Assembly (NCBI RefSeq): GCF_964355755.1
Contig: NC_092674.1
Span: forward strand, 30,566,001-30,630,000
DNA from: Antedon mediterranea
Taxonomy: Eukaryota; Animalia; Echinodermata
DNA: 64,000 nt
Reading direction: 5' to 3'
Shown one piece after another: positions 1 to 12,300 of this stretch. A program made the translations under genes and the position numbers. The notes under the pieces were generated by a model. The model saw only the letters and a program-made list of their open reading frames with translations. It did not search any database and was not told the origin of the DNA. How positions within the stretch are numbered: position 1 is the stretch's first letter; the number at the start of each line of letters is the position of its first letter.

Positions 1-692
1 GTTTATTTGTATATATTTTTTTTACATCTAACAGTATTCACAGTAAGAAATGTTTGTATATATTTTTTTACATCTATTCACAGTAAGAAATGTTCGATTC
101 AAATGACGACCAAAAATGGTTAATAGGACGTGTTTGCAGTACTGTATTGTCAAAGTATTGCAAGTTTATTCTCCAAGGGCTCATAAATTTACCTACTTGT
201 GTTAAACCAAACTGGCAGACTGAGAGATTGGAATGTTCCATTCATCGCAAATCAATACATTTGTAAAAACGTAAATTAAATCTATCAAAATAGTATTTTT
301 TAAAGAAAATCGGCCTGTCTTCAACATTATGATGCTGTACCCGAGCAGTTCAACCGGTTTTCAGCTATTTAACACAATTATCGTAGGAGGAGATAGGAAA
401 ATGCGAAGCGTCCTCGTATTATTGTGTGCGGGTATTTTTCAAGTTGGACATCCATTAGACAGTGTATACCACGATCGGAAAACACCCCTATTTGGGGCAA
501 ATCGTTGAACCTAAATTCGTTTTAATCGTCAATAACTAATTATCTAACTCAATTTAATTAGTAAACAGGGTTACATCAGGTGGTTAAAATCAGTACCGAA
601 AGTACGAACCAACTTTGTATACCATCGAGTAAAAATTCTAGAAGTAAGGCGCGATTTACTGAATTTTGCCCTTACGTAAATTTATATATAGA
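1..692 (-). mobile_element. Non-autonomous Helitron, copy 1 (5' part; runs off the window start)
   Basis: Reverse complement of 10738-~11400. On the minus strand it begins A|TCTATATATAAATTTACG at 692, the same 5' TC terminus after an A as copy 2. Confidence 0.75.
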
Positions 693-828
693 TTACTATG
701 TTAAACGTAAAATCTCGTTTATGTTAATACTATAGTTTTAGAATGAACACTTTTCTATTCGTTTTCTGTTTAAAAAAAAGATATATTTATCGTATATTTT
801 TCAATCAAACATGTTTTTACTTCGACAG

Positions 829-1354
829 AGTTGTGAGCTTGTTAGTGGGCATATTATTTGCTGTCACACAAATGAAGTATGGCGTGGAATCAAAAACTGT
901 TTGTCCAACCTTTTGGGTTCCATTCCAAGAAAGCTGTTATCGTATCTTTGGAAACTTGTTGAACTGGAGTGACGCAGAGGAAAGTTGTAACAAGTACTTC
1001 AATGAGTTCGAAATGGGTCACATGGTTTCTATCAGAAGCTCTGTTGAAAATCGGTTTGTCGCAGACCTCTGGGAATCGGCTACTAATGGGCGGACCACTA
1101 CGCCTGTCCAAGGAGGTGTACCGGTTAACTACTGGATTGGCTTGAGCAACAAAGACAATGTATCTCGTTGGGTATGGAGTGATACCAGCGAAGAAGCGGT
1201 GTATACAGAATGGGCCCCATCTGAACCAAATTACTTGCAAGTGGATCACTGCGCCCATACTTGGCCAAAAAATGGAAATAGCCTAACTTGGAACAACTGG
1301 CGCTGTGACAAATTGTTGTTCTTTGTGTGTGAGCTGCCCCAAAGCCGACATTAG
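829..1354 (+). CDS. C-type lectin domain protein (echinoidin-like), main coding exon with the whole long-form CRD
   Basis: ORF 743-1354 contains CPTFW..SCY, WSDAEESC, HMVSIRS..EN.FV, YWIGL, WVWSD, W.PSEPN, C..WNN..C...FVCE. The hydrophobic VVSLLVGILFAV follows the acceptor ttcgacag(ag) at 821-830. The first exon is uncertain. Confidence 0.9.
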
Positions 1355-1437
1355 ATAAATTGTATGCAATTCGACATTGCGTTTTTAGTTCTCCCTTGTT
1401 TGCTTCTTAAATTGTACATAGTTTTTACACATTTTAT

Positions 1438-2291
1438 CTCGACGCGCCACCTAAAAACTCTCAATCCCAGTATAGCTTATGGCTCGACGCGTCACCTAAA
1501 AACTCTCAATCCCAGTATAGCTTTTGGCTCGACGCGCCACCTAAAAACTCTCAATCCCAGTATAGCTTATGGCTCGACGCGTCACCTAAAAACTCTCAAT
1601 CCCAGTATAGCTTTTGGGTCGACGCGCCACCTAAACACTCTCAATCCCAGTATAGCTTTTGGCTCGACGCGCCACCTAAACACTCTCAATCCCAGTATAG
1701 CTTATGGCTCGACGCGCCACCTAAACACTCTCAATCCCAGTATAGCTTATGGCTCGCGACGCGTCACCTAAAAACTCTCAATCCCAGTATAGCTTTTGGC
1801 TCGACGCGCCACCTAAACACTCAATTCCAGTATAGCTTATGGCTCGACGCGTCACCTAAACACTCAATCCTAGTATAGCTTATGGCTCGACGCGTCACCT
1901 AAACACTCAATCCCGGTATAGCTTTTGGCTCGACGCGTCACCTAAACACTCAATCCCAGTATAGCTTATGACTCGACGCGTCACCTAAACACTCAATCCC
2001 AGTATAGCTTATGGCTCGACGCGTCACCTAAACACTCAATCCCGGTATAGCTTATGGCTCGACGCGTCACCTAAACACTCAATCCCGGTATAGCTTATGG
2101 CTCGACGCGTCACCTAAACACTCAATCCCGGTATAGCTTATGGCTCGACGCGTCACCTAAACACTCAATCCCAGTATAGCTTATGGCTCGACGCGTCACT
2201 TAAACACTCAATCCCAGTATAGCTTATGGCTCGACGCGTCACCTAAACACTCAATCCCAGTATAGCTTATGGCTTGACGCGCCACCTAAAC
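1438..2291. repeat. Minisatellite, ~19-20 copies of a 45-bp (left) or 43-bp (right) unit, just downstream of the lectin stop
   Basis: Unit ctcgacgcg(c/t)cacctaaa(a/c)act(ct)caatccc(a/g)gtatagctt(a/t)tgg. Confidence 0.95.
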
Positions 2292-2484
2292 AGTAATAAT
2301 AACAATAATAATAACAGTTAATATGAAATTCATTCATATCTTTGGAAGGAGATGATTTTATTTAACTTTAGTTATCATTTAATTGTATGTGAATTGATTA
2401 TACATCTCTGTTGAAATAAAGTGTCTTCAAATGACATGGCGTTTCCATTATGTTGTTGTTTATTAGTATTACGGTTATCTTTCG

Positions 2485-2650
2485 TAAAGCTTCGTTCCCA
2501 CTAGGACGCAACGCAAGAACGTACGTAAGCGCAACGTAATATGACCAATCACATGCGATGGATTATACGATAAACTGTCGCTTATTGGTCAATTTGCGTG
2601 AGTTACGCTTACGTCCTTGCGAATTGCATCACATTGGAAACCAAGCTTTA
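2485..2650. mobile_element. MITE family A (TIR taaagcttggttcccactag..acgcaacgcaag)
   Basis: Imperfect terminal inverted repeats with internal inverted gaccaatcac/attggtc. Related copies at ~6460-6660, 14021-14209, 17710-17840, 61610-61773 and ~61960-62060. Confidence 0.75.
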
Positions 2651-3127
2651 TGTCATGCGTGTCTAAAGCTAGTTGAAACCAAGCTGTTGTGTTTTTTCAA
2701 GTGTGTTTAATATTAAAATAAAATTAAGCTTTTTATATTAATTTCTGACCCGTGTTATATTTCGATCATGAAGTTTCAACCTATTTTTCTATCTATCCAT
2801 CGTCAGATTTGTTTGCAAGTACCGCAGTAATATACTATAGATCTAAAAAGCACACAAGACACAATCAAATGTTGCTATACAATTTATTTTTTGGCGTCTG
2901 TCGGAATTGTTAGTGACTTTATTAGTTGTGTTAATCTTTGCTGATTTTAGCCGCCTTTTATGTATTTTGGTCTTCTTAAACAATTTATTCTTTAAATAAA
3001 CTAACATTTTATTAACAAAAAGAGGAATAAGTTACAGCTATATGTAAACATTTTATGAAACTGTAATAGAGAAAGGGAATTATCACTGGCTACACAAATA
3101 TATACAATATTATATTTTGTATTTGCT

Positions 3128-3241
3128 AATGTGTACACTACCAAACTTGATGTGACAAAAAAATGCGATGACGTCATATCACAACCATTTGGGCACACAC
3201 TTTTTTTGTCAAACTAGTTTGATAATGTAGACAGAGCTTAA
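3128..3241. mobile_element. MITE family B (TIR aagctctgtctacactatcaaac), left end degenerate
   Basis: Ends gtttgataatgtagacagagctta. Same family at 21854-22011, ~35920-35960, 40140-40281 and 46425-46469. Confidence 0.65.
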
Positions 3242-3353
3242 TACAAAAATCAAAGGTTAAGATAAATCATACAAATTTGTATATCAATTCTTCCAGCTAT
3301 AGAAAGTTTAATTAATAAATGCAGTGGAATATAATTCTTTAATATGGATTTGT

Positions 3354-6300
3354 TTATTTTTGTAGAAGATGAGGTTCCTCCCGGCAGCGCCAACTATCAG
3401 CAGTAGGCCTACGGACTGTGAAATAAAACAATAAACAACAAATTAAATTAATTAAAATTAAATAATATATTAAGTTTGAAATAAATTTCATAATAGAATA
3501 AGCTAAAATTCTAAATTCTATATAAATAAGATGTGTGGAGAAAGAAATAGTCATGTTAACAAAAAACTAGGCCTCAGACCAAAAAAAGTATAATATGTAG
3601 CGCCCCCAGCGACCAGTTTACTTGTTGAGTTCAATTATAGTTGTGACACGCCATAAGGGGCAACAAATTTAGTCTTATCAGGGAAGAGTTAAATTGTAAT
3701 TTAACTCTTCCCTGGTCTTATGAACAATATCTAACCAATAATTACTTACTGTGGCACCGTGTTCCTGCATAACAGTCACGGCAAGTACAGTGATAAGTAG
3801 AACCACTTCTACTACACCGACCACCATTCTGACATGGGTTGGGGTGACAGGGATCTAAATCAAACATGTTTTTTCAAAAGTAGTTCACATATCAAATATT
3901 CATAGATGTCGTACTGTTGTTTATTTTTTATTGATTTATTGTCTCAATTACTTTATCTGTTTACTTGTTAATTATATTATTTTAGTTCGATAGGGTCTTA
4001 TACGTGACAAGAATAATTTGTTCTTCTGGTGTAGATCCTCAATATGATATTGAAATAAAAATAACCGTTGAAGAGTATAATTGTTCCATGGAAAAGAACG
4101 TTAAATAAATGAATGAACGAACGAATGAATGAAACGCATATGATTACTCAACGTAGCGACAACAGCATATTTTGATTCACCATGTTGGCCCAATTTTAGT
4201 TGGATTAGTTTACTGATGGATTTGATATAATAAATAAAACTTACCTGGAGCCGGCACGGATCCACCACTATTTCCTGTGAATACGGAATAAAATGAATTA
4301 ATTACTAATATAAAGTAGTGAATAACATTATTTTCGCTAAGTGTTGAGAGACTAATTGTGTTGAGAGACATTCATAGCAAATGGACTTATTGAGTCCAAA
4401 CGACGGCAAAACACTAAATAAATAGTTCGTAGAAACAACAGTGAATTTTAGTCTATAGCATACTACAAGACTGCTCTCGCACATTCATATAATATATGTT
4501 TATATAGTACTGTAGCATTTACCTTTTGGTCCTGGTGGTCCCTGTGATCCTTTCGGTCCTGGTGGTCCCCGGCCTCCTCCCGAACCTTTTGTTCCCGGTG
4601 GTCCCCGTGGCCCTTGTGCTCCCCGATTCCCTCCCGATCCCTTTGGTCCTGGTGGCCCACGTGCTCCTTGTGGTCCCCGAGCTCCTCCTGAACCCTTTGG
4701 TCCCGGTGGTCCTTGTGCTCCCCGATTCCCTCCTGATCCTTTTGGTCCTGGTGGTCCCCGTGGCCCTTGTGCTCCCCGATTCCCTCCCGATCCCTTTGGT
4801 CCCGGTGGCCCACGTGCTCCTTGTGGTCCCTGAGCTCCTCCTGAACCCTTAGGTCCCGGTGGTCCTTGTGCTCCCCGATTCCCTCCTGATCCTTTTGGTC
4901 CTGGTGGTCCCAGTGGCCCTTGTGCTCCCCGATTTCCTCCCGATCCCTTTGGTCCCGGTGGCCCACGTGCTCCTTGTGCCCCCCGAGTTCCTCCTTCCCC
5001 TTTTTGTCCTTGTGGTCCTTGTGCTCCCCGATTCCCTCCCGATCCTTTTGGTCCTGGTGGTCCACGTGCTCCTTGTGGTCCCCGAGCTCCCCCTGATCCC
5101 TTTGGTCCTGGTGGTCCTTTTGGCCCTTGTGCTCCTTGAGCTCCTCCTGATCCTTTTGGTCCTGGTGGTCCCTTTGGCCCTTGTGCTCCTTTAGCTCCTC
5201 CTGATCCTTTTGGTCCTGGTGGTCCTTTTGGCCCTTGTGCTCCTTGAGCTCCTCCTGATCCCTTTGGTCCAGGTGGTCCTTTTGGCCCTTGTGCTCCTTG
5301 AGCTCCTCCTGATCCCTTTGGTCCTGGTGGTCCTTGTGGTCCCATTGATCCTGTCGATCCCTTGTACCCTGGTGATCCCTTTTGCCCATTGTCTCCGGCA
5401 GTTCCTAATAAATTGTACCAATTATGTCAATAAACGTAGTACTGAAGAAAGTTACAAACACAATAGAATAGAGTAGAACTAGAAAACTGGGCTTAGATGT
5501 ACAAGCCTGGCTTTGATGCGATGCGCAAATGACTGCATTTTGAAGCAGTATGTAAGTGACAGAAGTAAGAATTTACTTTGTCATATTCAGGAATTATGAT
5601 GAATCAAAATCCTAATACAAACAAAGTACTTACTCTGAGGGTCCCTAATGATCAGAAATTGCTGGATGGATCACCCTCATTAAATATGGTCAACAACAAA
5701 AAAATTACTTAGTATTATTTTAAAAAAAAACAAGTAAAAGTAATCACTTACCTCGGTCCCCTTTCGGGCCCTTTAGACCTATTAGTATAAAAGTACGTTA
5801 ATATATTTAATTAATTACACACACCGTGCTATCGCAAACATTATTGATTTCAGAAATATTTATTAAACCTAAATGCTTTTCTAAAATTCTAGTACAAATG
5901 TTCTATGTGTATTTCGTTTCTGTTTTCTGACCAATGCAACTCACTCACCAGGTTCGCCTTTTTGTCCCGGCATGCCCACACCAAGTTCCCCTTTATTTCC
6001 TAGAGGACCAGGATTTCCTTTTTCACCCATATCACCTTTAAAATAAATGTATAGATTAATGTAGGCCTATATTTTGACCATTTCAATTTGTATGTGAATT
6101 TTGTTCCAGTTTTGTAATGACTATTAGTAATGTAAACAAACAAAATGTTGTACACCTCATCATATTATGGGGGACTTACCCTTTTCTCCTTTGCAACCGA
6201 TCTCACCGTTTAATCCGGGAACACCAGGTATACCTGAAATATATTAATACAATTTCATTATTTTACTGTACTATTGTGTGACGTAATTACATAACTTTGA

Positions 6301-9300
6301 TCAATGTCACCACTAAACCCCGTCGTCATAACACCTCCCCACAACCAATTAGCTATACAATTGCAGGTGTTCCCAAATCACACCATCACTTCAATTGAAT
6401 ACGTCTTTATGGAAATTACGTAGACATTCGTAACATATTATTTCGTTGTTGTTTTTACAGTTTGGTTTTCACTAGCGACGCAACGCGAGGAGGTACGCGC
6501 AACGCAAGCGAGTTGACCAATGACAAGCCACTGTTCGAATAATCAAAATATAATAATTTTTGATTGGTCAAATCACTTACGTTGTGTTATGTCCTTGCGT
6601 TGCGTCAAAGAACTTATAACTTATATGTTATAATTTCTTTGGTTGCGTCGCTAGTGAGAAAACATTCACACATAGGCTATAGTATTGCTATACTTTACTA
6701 AAATAACCCTCACCTGGAACTGCGGGAACTGGGCTGTTACCCTTCTGGCCTTTTGGGCCTGGTGGTCCTTTGGGACCTGAAAGAAATAGGGGTCATGAAT
6801 ATAGGAAATTTGGTTTCATTATGCAAAAAAAAATGTTTAAAAATATAGAAATAGTGCTTCATGATGTGTCCAGGAAAAGTTGAATTGAACAGAATTGAAA
6901 TATTTAAAATTCACGTGTGTGTAATTTAGATACTACTGTAATACCAATTGTCAGTGAAAGAGCAAAATGAACAATTATTCATATTTACTGTGTATTCTCG
7001 GTTTTAATTTATACTTACACACTACACAATTCATTTATACTTACACACTACGCAATTCATTAATACTTACATACTACACAATTCATTAATACTTACACAC
7101 TACGCAATTCATTAATACTTACATACTACACAATTCATTAATACTTACACACTACGCAATTCATTAATACTTACATACTACACAATTCATTAATACTTAC
7201 ACACTACGCAATTCATTTATACTTACACACTACGCAATTCATTTATACTTACACACTACACAATTCATTTATACTTACACACTACACAATTCATTTATAC
7301 TTACACACTACGCAATTCATTTATACTTACATACTACACAATTCATTTATACTTACACACTACGCAATTCATTTATACTTACACACTACGCAATTCATTT
7401 ATACTTACACACTACGCAATTCATTTATACTTACACAATACGCAATTCATTTATACTTACATACTACGCAATTCATTTATACTTACACACTACGCAATTC
7501 ATTTATACTTACACACTACGCAATTCATTTATACTTACACACTACGCAATTCATTAATACTTACATACTACGCAATTCATTTATACTTACACACTACGCA
7601 ATTCATTTATACTTACACACTACGCAATTCATTTATACTTACACACTACGCAATTCATTTATACTTACACACTACGCAATTCATTTATACTTACACACTA
7701 CGCAATTCATTTATACTTACACACTACGCAATTCATTTATACTTACACACTACGTAATTCATTTATACTTACATACTACGCAATTCATTTATACTTACAC
7801 ACTACGTAATTCATTTATACTTACACACTACGTAATTCATTTATACTTACACACTACGTAATTCATTTATACTTACACACTACGCAATTCATTTATACTT
7901 ACACACTACGCAATTCATTTATACTTACACACTACGCAATTCATTTATACTTACACACTACGCAATTCATTTATACTTACACACTACTCAATTCATTTAT
8001 ACTTACACACTACGCAATTCATTTATACTTACACACTACACAATTCATTTATACTTACATACTACACAATTCATTTATACTTACACACTACGCAATTCAT
8101 TTATACTTACACACTACGCAATTCATTTATACTTACACACTACGCAATTCATTTATACTTACACACTACGCAATTCATTTATACTTACACACTACACAAT
8201 TCATTAATACTTACATACTACACAATTCATTTATACTTACACACTACGCAATTCATTTATACTTACACACTACGCAATTCATTTATACTTACACACTACG
8301 CAATTCATTTATACTTACACAATACGCAATTCATTTATACTTACATACTACGCAATTCATTTATACTTACACACTACGCAATTCATTTATACTTACACAC
8401 TACGCAATTCATTTATACTTACACACTACGCAATTCATTAATACTTACATACTACGCAATTCATTTATACTTACACACTACGCAATTCATTTATACTTAC
8501 ACACTACGCAATTCATTTATACTTACACACTACGCAATTCATTTATACTTACACACTACGCAATTCATTTATACTTACACACTACGCAATTCATTTATAC
8601 TTACACACTACGCAATTCATTTATACTTACACACTACGTAATTCATTTATACTTACATACTACGCAATTCATTTATACTTACACACTACGTAATTCATTT
8701 ATACTTACACACTACGTAATTCATTTATACTTACACACTACGCAATTCATTTATACTTACACACTACGCAATTCATTTATACTTACACACTACGCAATTC
8801 ATTTATACTTACACACTACGCAATTCATTTATACTTACACACTACGCAATTCATTTATACTTACACACTACGCAATTCATTTATACTTACACACTACGCA
8901 ATTCATTTATACTTACACACTACGCAATTCATTTATACTTACATACTACGCAATTCATTTATACTTACACACTACGCAATTCATTTATACTTACACACTA
9001 CGCAATTCATTTATACTTACACACTACGCAATTCATTTATACTTACACACTACGCAATTCATTTATACTTACACACTACGCAATTCATTTATACTTACAC
9101 ACTACGCAATTCATTTATACTTACATACTACGCAATTCATTTATACTTACACACTACGCAATTCATTTATACTTACACACTACGCAATTCATTTATACTT
9201 ACACACTACGCAATTCATTAATACTTACACACTACGCAATTCATTTATACTTACACACTACGCAATTCATTTATACTTACACACTACGCAATTCATTAAT

Positions 9301-12300
9301 ACTTACACACTACGCAATTCATTTATACTTACACACTACGCAATTCATTTATACTTACACACTACGCAATTCATTTATACTTACATACTACGTAATTCAT
9401 TTATACTTACACACTACGCAATTCATTTATACTTACACACTACGCAATTCATTAATACTTACACACTACGCAATTCATTCATACTTACACACTACGCAAT
9501 TCATTTATACTTACATACTACGCAATTCATTTATACTTACACACTACGCAATTCATTTATACTTACACACTACGCAATTCATTTATACTTACACACTACG
9601 CAATTCATTTATACTTACACACTACGCAATTCATTTATACTTACATACTACGCAATTCATTTATACTTACACACTACGCAATTCATTAATACTTACACAC
9701 TACGCAATTCATTTATACTTACATACTACGCAATTCATTTATACTTACACACTACGCAATTCATTTATACTTACACACTACGCAATTCATTTATACTTAC
9801 ACACTACGCAATTCATTTATACTTACACACTACGCAATTCATTTATACTTACACACTACGCAATTCATTTATACTTACACACTACGCAATTCATTTATAC
9901 TTACACACTACGCAATTCATTTATACTTACACACTACGTAATTCATTTATACTTACACACTACGTAATTCATTTATACTTACACACTACGCAATTCATTT
10001 ATACTTACACACTACGCAATTCATTTATACTTACACACTACGCAATTCATTTATACTTACACACTACGTAATTCATTTATACTTACACACTACGTAATTC
10101 ATTTATACTTACACACTACGCAATTCATTTATACTTACACACTACGCAATTCATTTATACTTACACACTACGCAATTCATTTATACTTACACACTACGCA
10201 ATTCATTTATACTTACACACTACGCAATTCATTAATACTTACATACTACGCAATTCATTTATACTTACACACTACGCAATTCATTAATACTTACATACTA
10301 CGCAATTCATTTATACTTACACACTACGTAATTCATTTATACTTACACACTACGCAATTCATTTATACTTACACACTACGCAATTCATTTATACTTACAC
10401 ACTACGCAATTCATTTATACTTACACACTACGCAATTCATTAATACTTACATACTACGCAATTCATTTATACTTACACACTACGCAATTCATTTATACTT
10501 ACACACTACGCAATTCATTTATACTTACACACTACGCAATTCATTAATACTTACATACTACGCAATTCATTTATACTTACACACTACGCAATTCATTTAT
10601 ACTTACACACTACGCAATTCATTTATACTTACACACTACGCAATTCATTAATACTTACATACTACGCAATTCATTTATACTTACACACTACGTAATTCAT
10701 TTATACTTACACACTACGCAATTCATTAATACTTACATCTATATATAAATTTACGTAAGGGCAAAAATCGGTCAATCGCGCGTTATTTCTAGAATGTTTA
10801 CTCGATGGTATATAAAGTTGGTTCGTACTTTCGGTACTGATTTTAACCACCTGATGTAACCCTGTTTACTAATTAAATTGAGTTCGATAATTAGTTATTG
10901 ACGATTAAAACGAATTTAGGTTCAACGATTTGCCCCAAATAGGGGTGTTTTCCGATCGTGGTATACACTGTCTAATGGATGTCAATTTGAAAAATACCCG
11001 CACACAATAATACGAGGACACTTCGCATTTTCCTATCTCCTCCTACGATAATTGTTTTTAATAGCTGAAAACCGGTTGAACAGTTCGAGTACAGTATCAT
11101 AATGTTGAAGACAGGCCGATTTTCTTTAAAAAATGCTATTTTGATACATGTAATATACGTTTTTACAAATGTATTGATTTGTGATGAATGGAACATTCCA
11201 AATTATTTGGTTTAACCATAGAGGTATAGATTTAGATTTATGGGCCCCCTTGGAGAATAAACATAAATAGTATTGCAATGCGGTACAATACTGTTAAGGT
11301 ATTAACCACTTTTGATCGCAATTTGAATCGCAAATTTCTTACTGTGAGTGTTGGTACTGTTAGATATAATATAAACAAATATACAAATAAACTTTATTAC
11401 TGTGAGTGTGGGTAGGCCCTACTGTTAGATTATAAACATATAATATACAAATAAATAAACGTTATTACTGACAGTTGCTTCTCAACGTTTGTATTAATTA
11501 ATAATTTAAAAATATATAAACGTCGTAGTGGTGTATCGTTACATGTACTTTACTATTTCAATCGACTATGACAGTGAGAGTTTTAACAAAGTATTAAATC
11601 GTAAATATTTTACTGTATTTAGTGGTATATTATTTATAGGCCTATAAAACATTAAAAACAATATTTCGTTACTGAGTGGATAAGAATATATTTTAAAATG
11701 TTTCCTCTTTGTACCTATCTTCTTCCCCCCTCCCTCAACCCTTAATGTTACATACAAAACACAAATTGGGTTTGTTTAAATGAGTCCAAATAAATAAATT
11801 TGACTCATTTTGTTTCTCTCTCGGAAGTAATTCCCAGGGTGCTAATTTTGGTTGACTACATAAATCATTGTGTATATTTATTCGTTTCTGTAAACGACAA
11901 TGTATTATAGTCCTGCAGTAGGCCTATGTACATTTGAAATCTCCATTTTTTTCTCGCTGGAAATACTGTGTATTCGAGAACCATCTGTGGGCACGACCTA
12001 GATGGTACGCGAGCGAAGCGAGCGTGCCATCTAGTACTACGCAATTCATTTATACTTACATACTACGTAATTCATTTATACTTACACACTACGCAATTCA
12101 TTTATACTTACACACTACGCAATTCATTAATACTTACACACTACGCAATTCATTTATACTTACACACTACGCAATTCATTTATACTTACACACTACGCAA
12201 TTCATTAATACTTACATACTACGCAATTCATTAATACTTACATACTACGCAATTCATTTATACTTACACACTACGTAATTCATTTATACTTACACACTAC

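Noticed and set aside
1364-1771. 135-aa ORF with a hydrophobic start and STRHLKTLNPSIAYG repeats
   Set aside because: The frame is open only because the 45-bp unit lacks stops, and it breaks where the unit length changes.
1438-2291. CRISPR-like appearance of the tandem arrays here and at 17322, 38929 and 50290
   Set aside because: Units are contiguous with no unique spacers, there are no cas genes, and the context is eukaryotic.
5370-5404. Suspected frameshift at the start of the large collagen exon
   Set aside because: On re-reading, GGA ACT GCC GGA GAC AAT GGG CAA AAG GGA TCA is in frame.
4463-5476. Long alternative-frame and antisense ORFs (308 aa DHQDQ-rich; Leu/Val-rich)
   Set aside because: These are shadow frames of the repetitive Gly-X-Y exon.
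5634-5680. Possible extra collagen A exon ending in GTAAGT at 5633
   Set aside because: No frame-preserving Gly-X-Y reading exists. The sequence matches a dispersed repeat also seen at ~56526-56570.
11934-12278. ORFs running from the Helitron end into the satellite
   Set aside because: Repeat-derived, with no coding features.
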